A DNA stretch of 64,000 nt, taken from an uncultured Chloroflexia bacterium (GTDB lineage: Bacteria > Chloroflexota > Limnocylindria > Limnocylindrales > CSP1-4). Within the stretch, counting starts at the first letter, position 1. Every line of letters begins with the position of its first letter. The position numbers were made by a program, and so were the translations under genes. Shown here one piece after another: positions 44,292 to 53,764 of this stretch. The stretch spans positions 46,830 to 110,829 of the forward strand of contig CAVQVT010000009.1 of NCBI GenBank assembly GCA_963717255.1, written 5' to 3'. The notes beneath the pieces are model-generated. The model saw nothing but the letters and a program-made list of their open reading frames with translations, searched no databases and was not told where the DNA came from.

Positions 44292-45251
44292 TTACCGCGG
44301 CGGCTCCTGTGCCGACCCGGCACGCGGGGGGCGGCCGCCCTGCGCGGAGCCGCCGGCCCCCGTCGCCGTTGCGGGACGCGCGGCCGTCGCCTTCGCGGCC
44401 TCGGCCTCCGCGATCCGCGCGTCGTTCCGCGCCCGGATCTTCGCGAGCTCGCGCTCCTTCACGACCGGGTCCACGTCCAGGAGGCGCGACGTCAGCCGCC
44501 GCGCGAGATCGAGCCCGAGCGGCAGGAAGAGGGACCTGTTCGCGAGCCGCTGGAGTCGGCCGGGGCGCGGCTTCGCTCCCGCGGAGGCGATCATGTCGGC
44601 GAGCTCCTGCGCCGCGGTCCCGTCATCGCCGAGAGAGCGGAGCATCCCGTCGAGCGCGGCCGGGAGGGACGGTCGGATGGCGCGCGGGACGACACGCCTG
44701 CGGACGTACTTCCAGACGCGCCCCGGACCGCCGAGGAGGACGAACCCGGTGCCGGCCGCGAGTCCCGCGATCTGCACCGGCTGGCGCGTGAGCGACGACC
44801 GGACGTCGAGCGCCGCGCGGCCGCGCGCCTCGAGCTCCTCCATCTCGCCATAGAAGGCCGAGCGCGACGCCCGCACCTCTGCGAGCTGCGCCGCGAGCAG
44901 CGCCTCGCGCTCCAGACGGAGCTCGGGCGTGAGCTTCGGCATGTTGTCGACGGCCTCGCCGACCGCGTCGGCGGCGTCCGTCGCGGCGTGGACCCCGCCG
45001 GCGACGGCGGCCACCCGGTCGGTCACGCCGGAGAGCGCCGGGACGGCATCGCCGACCGAGTCGGCCGCCCGCTCCACGCTCCCTGCGGCGTCCCCGACGT
45101 CGGCGACGGCCGCGCGCACGGGCATCTGCTGGTCGGCCACGCCGGCCGCCTGCGCCGTCGAGTCTGCCGCCTTCGCGACCGCGTCCGCGGCCGACGACAG
45201 GGCCGCCCGCGCCTCGTCAGCCTTCGGATCGCCCACGGGCTGCCCGCTCAT
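44292..45251 (-). CDS. hypothetical Ala-rich protein (DUF3618-like central segment with one TM)
   Basis: 319-aa ORF. Reiterated A-x-D-x-V/A-G segments, then SLTRQPVQIAGLAAGTGFVLLGG. ATGA overlap with the upstream gene. Confidence 0.55.
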   Translation of the reverse strand: MSGQPVGDPKADEARAALSSAADAVAKAADSTAQAAGVADQQMPVRAAVADVGDAAGSVERAADSVGDAVPALSGVTDRVAAVAGGVHAATDAADAVGEAVDNMPKLTPELRLEREALLAAQLAEVRASRSAFYGEMEELEARGRAALDVRSSLTRQPVQIAGLAAGTGFVLLGGPGRVWKYVRRRVVPRAIRPSLPAALDGMLRSLGDDGTAAQELADMIASAGAKPRPGRLQRLANRSLFLPLGLDLARRLTSRLLDVDPVVKERELAKIRARNDARIAEAEAAKATAARPATATGAGGSAQGGRPPRAGSAQEPPR

Positions 45252-46357
45252 CGGCCACCCCTCCGGCCCGGCATCGATGGCATGTCGGGCAGGCGCAGCT
45301 TGACCTGCTCGATCGTCCCCTGGAAGACCTCGATCGTGAGGCCCGGCCAGTACTGGGCCGTGTAGGCATCGAAGTCATAGGTGCCGTCCATGAGCGGCCG
45401 CGCGGCGAACACCGGCCACAGCGCGAGCGTGACCGCGACCCCGATGCCGGCGGCACACTCGACGGAGAACGTGATGGCAGTGAACGCGCAGAACGCGCCA
45501 AGGGCAAGCGCGCCGGCGATCAGGCCGCCGATGGCCCCGGAGAACGAGCGGCCCTTCCAGATCCCGATGACGAGACCCAGGACCGCGCCGACGATGGCGC
45601 CGATGGCCGCGGCGATCGCGAGCGGCCGGTACGCGGGGTCGATGTCGAGCGTTGTCTGGACGTCCACCTGGTCACCGACCCAGGCCCACGCCGCGTGCGG
45701 CAGGTTGAGGAAGAGGACCCCGCCGACGAGGAAGCCGACGGCGGCGGCCGCCACGAGCGTCCAGCCGAGCCGCGCAGCGGAGAAGTCGAGTGCCCGCAGC
45801 ACGAGGGCGACGGCGACCGCGAGGCCGAACAGGACGGCGTGGAGGATCCCCCAGCCCATCGACCCGAAGATCCACTCGCCGAGGAAGAGCGGCGTCCCGA
45901 CGGTCGCGACGAGGGCGGCGAAGATGACGAGGGCGAGCGCCCCGGCGACGAGCGCGAGGGTGACCTTCGCCTTGTCGGCGATGAGCCCGATCTCGGCCTT
46001 CGCCAGCGCGACGTGGGCGTCGATCATCCGCCTGAGTGCCGCCCGGGCCATCCCGACCTCGTAGCGGACCCCGCGGGCGCCCGCCGCCGGACCGCCTGCC
46101 GAGGGGTCGTCGGGCGCGGCCGCGTCGCCGGGCGGAGGCATGCCGGGACCGGCGGGCGGAGGCATGCCGGGACCGGCGGGCGGAGGCGTGCCGGGACCGG
46201 CGGGGGGCGTGGGCCCCCCGGCGGGCGGGAGAGCGCCGCCGGGAGCGGGTCGCGGCGTGTCGTCGGCGGGATCGCTCAGCTGACCATCTCCCTGGTGCGT
46301 CCGGACCGCGCAGGCGCGGGCGGGTCGGGAACGATGATACCAGCGGCGCGGCGCCAC
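45248..46357 (-). CDS. polytopic membrane protein with a Holin-X/DUF1469-like N-segment; start uncertain (46357 GTG or 46051 ATG)
   Basis: MARAALRRMIDAHVALAKAEIGLIADKAKVTLALVAGALALVIFA followed by about 6 TM. ATG 46051 has GAGG 5 nt upstream. The longer ORF adds a Pro-rich repeat. Confidence 0.55.
   Translation of the reverse strand: MAPRRWYHRSRPARACAVRTHQGDGQLSDPADDTPRPAPGGALPPAGGPTPPAGPGTPPPAGPGMPPPAGPGMPPPGDAAAPDDPSAGGPAAGARGVRYEVGMARAALRRMIDAHVALAKAEIGLIADKAKVTLALVAGALALVIFAALVATVGTPLFLGEWIFGSMGWGILHAVLFGLAVAVALVLRALDFSAARLGWTLVAAAAVGFLVGGVLFLNLPHAAWAWVGDQVDVQTTLDIDPAYRPLAIAAAIGAIVGAVLGLVIGIWKGRSFSGAIGGLIAGALALGAFCAFTAITFSVECAAGIGVAVTLALWPVFAARPLMDGTYDFDAYTAQYWPGLTIEVFQGTIEQVKLRLPDMPSMPGRRGGR
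46131..46202. repeat. 24-bp tandem repeat, 3 copies (1 mismatch)
   Basis: ggcggaggcatgccgggaccggcg appears three times. On the minus strand it reads PPPAGPG(M/T). Confidence 0.85.
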
Positions 46358-46485
46358 GGAACCGCCTCACGGGCGCGTACGATGGGATCCGCGGCTGCCG
46401 AACGTCCCGACGGATGTGGTCGTGGCGCGGCGGCGAAGGCTCGGAGAGCGGAGGCTTCGCCGAGCGGATCGAGGAGTCGGACGCC

Positions 46486-47136
46486 GTGTCGCGTGCCGTG
46501 ACGATCGTCGTTCTCCTGTTCATCGCCTTCCTCACCGTCGGTGCCTCGAGCTGCGGCGCGGCGGAAAGGGACGAGGGCCCGCCGGAATCGACGCCCGTCT
46601 CGCAGGTGACGGACGACGACACTGCGGTGCCGTCGGCGCCCGCCCTCGCGGCACCCAGCGACCAGGTGTTCTCCGTCGAGACACCAGCCCCGAGCGCTGC
46701 AGCGACCCCGGCCGTCACCATCCTGGTGCCGACCGCCGCCCCCACCCCCGACTTCTCCGGCGAGGCGGTCGCGCTCTTCTCGAACAGCAACGACGGCGTC
46801 ATCCGCGACGGGGCCACGGGCCCGGCAGAGCTCGTCATCGAGGCCCTCACCCGCGTCACGTACGTCCAGACGTATCACTGGCACAACGGCAAGGGCGTGA
46901 CGCCAGGAACGATCTCGATCACGGGCCCCGACGGGACGGTCTACGGGCCGTGGCAGGCGACAGGCACGGACGGCCAGGGCGGTGTGAAGAACGCCTACTG
47001 GGAGGCGAAGCCCATGGTGGAGCTTGAGCCCGGCACGTACCTCGTCGACGACTCCGATCCCGCGACGCGCGGGACGAACGACGGGATGGGCGGGATCGGG
47101 CAGACGATCGTGCACGGGATCGTCGCCGCGCCCTGA
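46486..47136 (+). CDS. hypothetical secreted lipoprotein
   Basis: VSRAVTIVVLLFIAFLTVGASSCG lipobox. GAGGAG lies 9 nt before GTG 46486. The C-terminal domain has YHWHNGKG and GPWQATG. This is the tail of track ORF 46036..47136. Confidence 0.6.
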   Translation: MSRAVTIVVLLFIAFLTVGASSCGAAERDEGPPESTPVSQVTDDDTAVPSAPALAAPSDQVFSVETPAPSAAATPAVTILVPTAAPTPDFSGEAVALFSNSNDGVIRDGATGPAELVIEALTRVTYVQTYHWHNGKGVTPGTISITGPDGTVYGPWQATGTDGQGGVKNAYWEAKPMVELEPGTYLVDDSDPATRGTNDGMGGIGQTIVHGIVAAP

Positions 47137-47216
47137 CGGGGCCGCGACGATCGGATGCTCCGGAGCATCGGAGACGCGGCCCATGCGGTCATCGAACCGG
47201 CTGGCCGCGCGGGCCG

Positions 47217-48290
47217 TCAGCTCACGGTGAGGACCGGCCCCGGCGATTCCGCGCGGACGCTCATCCGCGCCGCGACGATGCGCGCGATGTGGCGCATCGC
47301 CTGCGCCGCGGGCCCGGGCTCGCGCTGGGCCACGGCGGGGATCCCCGCGTCACCACCCTGGCGCACGGTGACGTCGATCGGGACCTGCCCCAGCAGCTCC
47401 AGGCCGTGCTCGCGCGCGAACCGCTCGCCGCCACCGCGCCCGAAGATCTCCGTCGCCTCGCCGCAGTGCGGGCAGACGAAGGCACTCATGTTCTCGACGA
47501 GCCCGATGACGGGGACGTTCATCCGCTCGAACATCGACAGCGCCTTCCCCACGTCCGAGAGGGCGACGTCCTGCGGCGTCGTGACGAGGACCGAGCCGGA
47601 GATGGGCACCGACTGCGCGAGCGTGAGCTGCGCGTCGGAGGTCCCCGGCGGCAGGTCCACGACGAGGTAGTCGAGGTCGCCCCACTCGACGTCGCGGAGG
47701 AACTGCTGGATCGCCCCGCCCACGAGCGGGCCGCGCCACACGATCGGCTGACCCTCGGGCACGAAGAACGCGATCGAGATGACCTTCACGCCGTGCCGGG
47801 CGAGCGGCTCGATCTTCCCGGCGGGCGTCGCTTTCGGCGTCCCCTCTGCCCCGAGCATCTGCGGGATGTTCGGGCCGGTGATGTCGGCGTCCAGGAGCCC
47901 CACCGAGGCGCCGTCGAGCGCGAGCGCGGTCGCCAGGTTGACGCTGACCGTGCTCTTCCCGACGCCGCCCTTGCCCGACGCCACCGCGATGATGTTCTTC
48001 ACGCCCGGGATGAGCTCCGCCGACTGCGTCGGGGTCGAGCGGCGGACCGTGGCCGACCAGTCGACCTGCACGTCCTCCACCCCCAGCGGCGCCAGCGCCC
48101 GCCGCACGTCCGCCTCGATCTCGTCCTTCAGCGGACAGGCCGGGGTCGTCAGGTCGATGGTGAGCGAGACGCGCGACCCGTCGACGACGAGGTCGCGGAC
48201 CATGTTCCGGCTCACGAGGTCGCCGCCCAGCTCCGGCTCGCGGACCGTGCGCAGTGCGTCGAGGACGGCGGTCTCCGTGGGATCGGTCAT
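47217..48290 (-). CDS. apbC: Mrp/ApbC/NBP35 Fe-S cluster carrier ATPase with N-terminal DUF59
   Basis: AVASGKGGVGKST, VDLPPGTSD, CPHCG. Confidence 0.9.
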   Translation of the reverse strand: MTDPTETAVLDALRTVREPELGGDLVSRNMVRDLVVDGSRVSLTIDLTTPACPLKDEIEADVRRALAPLGVEDVQVDWSATVRRSTPTQSAELIPGVKNIIAVASGKGGVGKSTVSVNLATALALDGASVGLLDADITGPNIPQMLGAEGTPKATPAGKIEPLARHGVKVISIAFFVPEGQPIVWRGPLVGGAIQQFLRDVEWGDLDYLVVDLPPGTSDAQLTLAQSVPISGSVLVTTPQDVALSDVGKALSMFERMNVPVIGLVENMSAFVCPHCGEATEIFGRGGGERFAREHGLELLGQVPIDVTVRQGGDAGIPAVAQREPGPAAQAMRHIARIVAARMSVRAESPGPVLTVS

Positions 48291-48345
48291 GCGGCATCTC
48301 CGTCGGCGCGAGGGGGTGCACCGCGGCGCGGGGACAGCGCCGACG

Positions 48346-48801
48346 TCACGCGCGGGGCGACCCGGATGAACGACCCGTATCGTACCCGTTGACCGTCCGC
48401 ACGGCCCGCGGACCAGCCTCCGCCGCGAAAGCCGCCGCCTCCAGGGCGTTGGCGCGGTACCGGTCGCCGCCGCGCGCGCGGGCGGCCGCCGACGCCGCGA
48501 GGTAGACCGGCAGGAACAGGGGCCCGAGCACGCTCCACTGGCGGACATGCTCCGCTTCGTGACGGACGAGCGCGTCGTCGAGCGGCCGTCGGGCGACCAC
48601 CACGTTGCCGAAGGTCATCGCGGTCGGCGTCCGCGACACCCTGTCCAGCCACCGGCCGAGCCGCGGGTCCTCCGCGAGGTGCACGCGCCCGATCCCCTCG
48701 ACCTCCACGGTCCGCGTGACGCGGGCCCCGGCGAGCCGGACGACGAGACGGCCGAGCAGGTCCCCGGGCACCGCCCGCCAGGCGGCACGAAGCTCATCCA
48801 T
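48346..48801 (-). CDS. hypothetical protein with an HExxH motif
   Basis: 151 aa, with LVRHEAEHVRQW followed by a hydrophobic segment. 8-nt overlap with the upstream amidohydrolase gene. Confidence 0.5.
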   Translation of the reverse strand: MDELRAAWRAVPGDLLGRLVVRLAGARVTRTVEVEGIGRVHLAEDPRLGRWLDRVSRTPTAMTFGNVVVARRPLDDALVRHEAEHVRQWSVLGPLFLPVYLAASAAARARGGDRYRANALEAAAFAAEAGPRAVRTVNGYDTGRSSGSPRA

Positions 48802-50056
48802 CGCGGCGGTCCACCACGACCTTCCCCGCCTGGACCACGAGCGCGATCCGTGCGGGATCGCGCCATAGGGCAGGCTCCGCCAGCGGGTCGCCGGACACGA
48901 GGATCACGTCCGCCACCTTGCCCGGTTCCAGCGTCCCGATCTCGTCCGCGACATCCAGCAGCGACGCGGCTTCCGTCGTCGCCGCGCGGAACGCGGCGAA
49001 CGGGTCGAGCCCCGCCTCGACCATGAGCGACAGCTCGGCCGGCAGATGGGAGCCCGCCCCACCGTCCGTTCCCATCGCGACGCGCACGCCGCGCCGGACG
49101 GCCTCCGCGAGAGTCTCGCGCTGGCGGCCGATGATCCCCCGGACCTTCTCGACGGCCCACGGAGGTGTCACCCCGCTCTCGACGCGGTCTGGCCGGAGCA
49201 TCTCCTCGATGACGAGGAAGGTCGGTACGAGCGCGACATCGCCCGCGAGCATGAGGTCGATCCCCTCGTCGTCGAGCAGGTCGCCGTGCTCGATCGACCG
49301 CACGCCGGCTCGCAGGGCGTTGAGGATCCCGCGCGTCCCCTCGGCGTGGGCCAGGACGCCGTGGATCCCGGCCGCCCGTGCCTCCTCAACGAAGACGCGC
49401 AGCTCCTCGATCGTGAACTGGGCGGCCTCCGGGCTGTCGGTGACGGAGTAGACGCCGCCCGTCGCCATCACCTTCAGCCAGTCGGCGCCGGCGCGGATGA
49501 TCGTCCGCGCCGTCTTCCGGCACTCCTCCACGCCGTCGCAGATGCCGCTCGGAAGGTCCGGCGGGGCGATCCCGAAGAGGTCGGTCCCCGACGGGGTCCA
49601 GCCGTCGCCGTGCCCGCCGGTCTGGGAGAGGAACCCCACGCTCACCTGGGTCCGCGGCCCGGGCATCGCGCCCGACGCGAACGCCTTCTTCACGCCGGCC
49701 GTGGCACCACCGGCGTCGCGGATCGTCGTGACGCCCGCCTCCAGGTAGGCACGCCCGGTCGTGAGGGCCCGCACGACGTAGTCGGTCGCGCTCATCTGGA
49801 CCATGTCGTGCACCGCCTCGTGCGCCGCCGTGAGGTGCACGTGGCAGTCGATGAGCCCCGGGGCGAGCGTCCATCCGCCACCGTCGACACGCACCGCGTC
49901 GCCCGGGACGTCGACCTCGCGCGCCGGGCCGGCGGCGGCGATCCTCCCGTCGGGGCCCACGAGGAGCGCTGCGTCCCGGACCGTGTCGGGGCTGCGCCCG
50001 TCGAGCAGGCTGACCCCCACCAACACGGTGATGGCTTCCCCGGCTGCGATTCCCAT
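48794..50056 (-). CDS. amidohydrolase-superfamily metallohydrolase
   Basis: GLIDCHVHLT (HxH), GVLAHAEG, AMGTDGG. GGGAGGAA SD 7 nt before ATG 50056. Confidence 0.8.
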   Translation of the reverse strand: MGIAAGEAITVLVGVSLLDGRSPDTVRDAALLVGPDGRIAAAGPAREVDVPGDAVRVDGGGWTLAPGLIDCHVHLTAAHEAVHDMVQMSATDYVVRALTTGRAYLEAGVTTIRDAGGATAGVKKAFASGAMPGPRTQVSVGFLSQTGGHGDGWTPSGTDLFGIAPPDLPSGICDGVEECRKTARTIIRAGADWLKVMATGGVYSVTDSPEAAQFTIEELRVFVEEARAAGIHGVLAHAEGTRGILNALRAGVRSIEHGDLLDDEGIDLMLAGDVALVPTFLVIEEMLRPDRVESGVTPPWAVEKVRGIIGRQRETLAEAVRRGVRVAMGTDGGAGSHLPAELSLMVEAGLDPFAAFRAATTEAASLLDVADEIGTLEPGKVADVILVSGDPLAEPALWRDPARIALVVQAGKVVVDRRDG

Positions 50057-50265
50057 CGTTCCGTTCCTCCCGCGGTGCGAACCTCGTCGCCGGACGGCGT
50101 GGACCGCTGCCGATCCCGTCGCGTCGCATCGTTTGACATGCGGGCTCCGCCCTGCGCTATCCTCCCACCACGCCGACGGGCCGGCGTCGTCCCCTGGTAC
50201 GTCCCGTCGTCCGTGGGCCCGCGTGGGGAGACCGGGCGCATCGCGCACAGGGGAGAGCGCAGGCC

Positions 50266-51423
50266 GTGGCGAACGTGGCAGTGCGGCTCGTCGACGTCGT
50301 GAAGAAGTTCGGCGAGACGGTCGCCGTCGACCATATCGATCTCGAGGTCCGGGACGGCGAGTTCTTCTCGCTCCTCGGGCCGTCCGGGTGCGGCAAGACC
50401 ACCACGCTGCGCATGATCGGCGGCTTCGAGGAGCCCACGTCCGGCCTCATCGAGCTCCAGGGCCAGGACGTCACCTGGCTTCCGCCGTACAAGCGGAACG
50501 TCAACACCGTCTTCCAGAACTACGCCCTGTTCCCGCATCTCACGATCTACGAGAACGTGGCCTTCGGGCTGCGGCGCAAGGGCGTCAAGGACGCGGACAT
50601 CAAGGGCCGCGTCTCCGAGATGCTCGCCCTCGTCGAGCTCCCGGGGTTCGAGGGCCGGAAGCCCACGCAGATCTCCGGCGGGCAGGCGCAGCGCATCGCG
50701 CTCGCGCGCGCACTCATCAACCGGCCGGCCGTCCTCCTCCTCGACGAGCCGCTGGGCGCCCTCGACCTGAAGCTCCGGAAGCAGATGCAGGTCGAGCTGA
50801 AACGGATCCAGCAGGAGGTCGGGATCACGTTCGTCTACGTGACCCATGACCAGGAGGAGGCGATGACGATGTCCGATCGCATCGCCGTGATGAACAAGGG
50901 CCACTACGAGCAGCTGGCCGAGCCCGAGGTCCTCTACGAGCGACCGAACACGCGCTTCGTCGCGGGGTTCCTGGGGATCAGCAACCTCATCCCCGGCTCC
51001 GTGGAGGCAGCCGACGGCTCCGACTGGGCGAGCGTGAAGCTGGACAACGGCTTCGCCGTCCGCGCGCCGCGGGCGCTCGCGGAAGGCAAGAGGCGGATCC
51101 TCCTGGGCGTCCGTCCGGAGAAGTTCCGCATGTACGAGACCCACGAGACGATCCCCGATGCGTACAACCGGATCCCCGGCGTCGTCCGCGCGGCCAGCTA
51201 CATGGGCGTGAGCACGCAGTACCAGGTGGATCTCCCCGGCGACCGACGGCTGACCGTCTTCGAGCAGAACGTCGAGCGCGCCACGAAGGCCGAGCTGTGG
51301 GAACCCGGCGAGCAGGTCGTAGTGGGGTGGCAGCCCCAGCATTCGTTCGTCGTCCTCGAGGAAGGCGCGGAGCCGCCTGTCGAGGACGTGCCGGAGGAGG
51401 CAGTGGCGTACATCGAGGAGTGA
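50266..51423 (+). CDS. potA: spermidine/putrescine-type ABC transporter ATP-binding protein
   Basis: GPSGCGKTT, ISGGQAQRIALARAL, LLLDEPLGALD, and a C-terminal TOBE-like domain. Confidence 0.9.
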   Translation: MANVAVRLVDVVKKFGETVAVDHIDLEVRDGEFFSLLGPSGCGKTTTLRMIGGFEEPTSGLIELQGQDVTWLPPYKRNVNTVFQNYALFPHLTIYENVAFGLRRKGVKDADIKGRVSEMLALVELPGFEGRKPTQISGGQAQRIALARALINRPAVLLLDEPLGALDLKLRKQMQVELKRIQQEVGITFVYVTHDQEEAMTMSDRIAVMNKGHYEQLAEPEVLYERPNTRFVAGFLGISNLIPGSVEAADGSDWASVKLDNGFAVRAPRALAEGKRRILLGVRPEKFRMYETHETIPDAYNRIPGVVRAASYMGVSTQYQVDLPGDRRLTVFEQNVERATKAELWEPGEQVVVGWQPQHSFVVLEEGAEPPVEDVPEEAVAYIEE

Positions 51424-51470
51424 CGGTCGGCGCGCGTCGCCGCGCGCATCGAGAGGAGCAGGCGATCACC

Positions 51471-52709
51471 ATGGCGAACCCCGAGACGACCCCGACCGGC
51501 GCGATCCTCACGCGCCGTCGCTTCCTGGCCGCCGGCGCCGTCGCCGGCTTCGGCGCGTTCCTCGCCGCCTGCGGGACGAGCGGGAGCGCCACCCAGGCGC
51601 CCTCGGCGGGCGCCACCGCGGCGCCCGCGACCCAGGCGCCGGGGGCGAGCGCGGCCCCGTCCGCGGAGGCCGGCGCCACGCCGTCCGCCGAGCTGAACTG
51701 GGCGAACTGGACCTACTACATCGACGTCGACGAGGAGACCAAGAAGTTCCCCACGCTCGACGCCTTCACGGCCGAGTACGGGACGAAGGTCAGCTACTCC
51801 GAGGTGGTGGACGACAACAACTCGTTCTTCGGGACGATCAAGCCGGCGCTCGAGGCCGGCCAGGACACCGGCTGGGACATCGTCACGCTCACCGACTGGA
51901 TGGCGGCGCGGCTCATCCGCCTCGGATGGACCGAGGAGCTGAACCTGGCGAACATGCCGGATTTCGTCGCGAACCTCCAGCCCAACTACAAGGGCCTCGC
52001 GTGGGACCCGGAGATGAAGCACCACGCCCCGTGGCAGTCGGGGATGACGGGACTCGGGTACGACCCGGATGTCACCGGTGAGCTCAACACCCTCGACGCC
52101 TTCTTCACGCCCGACCCGAAGTGGAACGGGAAGGTGGACTACCTCTCCGAGATGCGCGACGCGATGGGCCTCACGCTGCTCAAGCTGGGGTTGGACCCCA
52201 CGACCCCGACGCGCGAGGGCGCCGACGCGGCCGCCGCCGAGATGCAGAAGGCGGTGGACACCGGGATCGTCCGCGCGTTCAAGGGCAACGCCTACGCGGA
52301 GGACCTCAAGAGCGGCGACGCGGTCCTCGCGATGGCGTGGTCGGGCGACATGGTGCAGGCGCTCATCGACAAGCCGTCACTGCGGTTCACCATCGCCGAC
52401 CAGGGCGGGATGATCTGGACCGACAACATGATGATCCCGATGGGCGCCCTGCATAAGGGCACCGCCGAGCTCCTCATGAACTACTACTACCGGCCCGCGG
52501 TGGCCGCGCTCGTCACCGCCTACGTGAACTACCTCACGCCGGTGAAGGGCGCCGATGCGATCCTCCTGAAGGACGACCCGGACATCGCGAACAACCCGCT
52601 GATCTTCCCGCCGGCCGACGTCCGGGCCAGGCTCTACGCCTTCGGCGCCCTCTCCGAGGAGGACGAGTCGTACTTCAACGAGGCGTTCGCGAAGGTGAGC
52701 GGCGTCTGA
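51471..52709 (+). CDS. potD: polyamine-type ABC substrate-binding protein with a Tat-like signal and lipobox
   Basis: TRRRFLAAGAVAGFGAFLAACG. PotD/PotF-like body (WDIVTLTDWM..., AMAWSGD). Confidence 0.8.
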   Translation: MANPETTPTGAILTRRRFLAAGAVAGFGAFLAACGTSGSATQAPSAGATAAPATQAPGASAAPSAEAGATPSAELNWANWTYYIDVDEETKKFPTLDAFTAEYGTKVSYSEVVDDNNSFFGTIKPALEAGQDTGWDIVTLTDWMAARLIRLGWTEELNLANMPDFVANLQPNYKGLAWDPEMKHHAPWQSGMTGLGYDPDVTGELNTLDAFFTPDPKWNGKVDYLSEMRDAMGLTLLKLGLDPTTPTREGADAAAAEMQKAVDTGIVRAFKGNAYAEDLKSGDAVLAMAWSGDMVQALIDKPSLRFTIADQGGMIWTDNMMIPMGALHKGTAELLMNYYYRPAVAALVTAYVNYLTPVKGADAILLKDDPDIANNPLIFPPADVRARLYAFGALSEEDESYFNEAFAKVSGV

Positions 52710-52747
52710 GCCGCCACGCGACGCGCTGAGGCGACCGGGAGAGGCGG

Positions 52748-53761
52748 ATGGGCGGCTTCATCAAGCGGCACCGCTGGATCGTGCCGTACGCCCTCCTCGC
52801 TCCCGGCGTCCTCTGGCTGCTGCTGTTCTACGTCTACCCGGGCATCCAGATGTTCATCGCGTCTTTCTGGAGCGGGACGCTGGAGACCGGGTTCACCTTC
52901 TCGCTGTCGAACTGGACGAACTACCAGGAAGCCCTCAGCGGCGCCTCGGCGCAGATCGCCCGGTCGATCCTCTACGCGGGTGCGGCGACGATCCTCACGT
53001 TCCTCATCGCCTACCCGCTCGCCTACACGATCGCGTTCAAGGGCGGCCACTACAAGGCGCTGCTGCTGTTCCTCGTCGTCGCGCCGTTCTTCACGAGCTT
53101 CCTGCTCCGGACGATCAGCTGGAAGATCCTCCTCGGCGACACCGGGCCGTTCCTCGGCCCGTTCAAGGACCTCGGTCTCATCCCCGGCGAGTTCCGGCTC
53201 CTCGCCGAGCCGATCGCGGTCGTCTCGGGCATCACGTACAACTTCCTGCCCTTCATGACCCTGCCGATCTACGTCTCGCTCGAGAAGATCGACCACCGGC
53301 TCGTCGAGGCCGCCAAGGACCTCTACGCGGGACCGTGGCGCCCCGGCGGGGCCATCGCGGGGCTCATCATCGGCGGCATCCTCGGCGGGGTCCTGGGCTT
53401 CATCTTCGAGTACCCCGTCCCCGTCTGGGCCGCCGCCTGGGCGATCGGCGGCGCCGTCATCGGCTGGTTCTTCATCTCCGAGTCGTTCACGCGGGTGACG
53501 TTCCCGCTCTCCCTCCCCGGCGTCTTCGCGGGGTCGCTGCTGACGCTCATCCCGGCGCTCGGCGACTACGTCAACGCCGAGTTCCTGGGAAACCCGAGCA
53601 CGACCATGGTGGGCAACGTCATCCAGAACAAGTTCCTCGTCCAGAACGACTACCCGATCGCGTCGGCTCTCAGCTTCATCCTCATGGCCGGCATCATCGT
53701 GGCCGTGGCGATCTACGCGCGGGCGCTGGGGACCGAGAACCTCACGACGGGGCGGGGCTGA
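52748..53761 (+). CDS. potB: ABC transporter permease (PotB-like) with an about 46-aa insertion after the EAA motif
   Basis: VEAAKDLYAGPW ... TRVTFPLSLPG flank an inserted pair of Gly-zipper helices. Confidence 0.85.
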   Translation: MGGFIKRHRWIVPYALLAPGVLWLLLFYVYPGIQMFIASFWSGTLETGFTFSLSNWTNYQEALSGASAQIARSILYAGAATILTFLIAYPLAYTIAFKGGHYKALLLFLVVAPFFTSFLLRTISWKILLGDTGPFLGPFKDLGLIPGEFRLLAEPIAVVSGITYNFLPFMTLPIYVSLEKIDHRLVEAAKDLYAGPWRPGGAIAGLIIGGILGGVLGFIFEYPVPVWAAAWAIGGAVIGWFFISESFTRVTFPLSLPGVFAGSLLTLIPALGDYVNAEFLGNPSTTMVGNVIQNKFLVQNDYPIASALSFILMAGIIVAVAIYARALGTENLTTGRG

Positions 53762-53764
53762 GCG

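Noticed and set aside
44197-46357. Prophage or integrative element at tRNA-Leu, suggested by the holin-like family name
   Set aside because: There is no integrase, no att-like duplication of the tRNA 3' end, no phage structural genes, and composition is the same as the surroundings.
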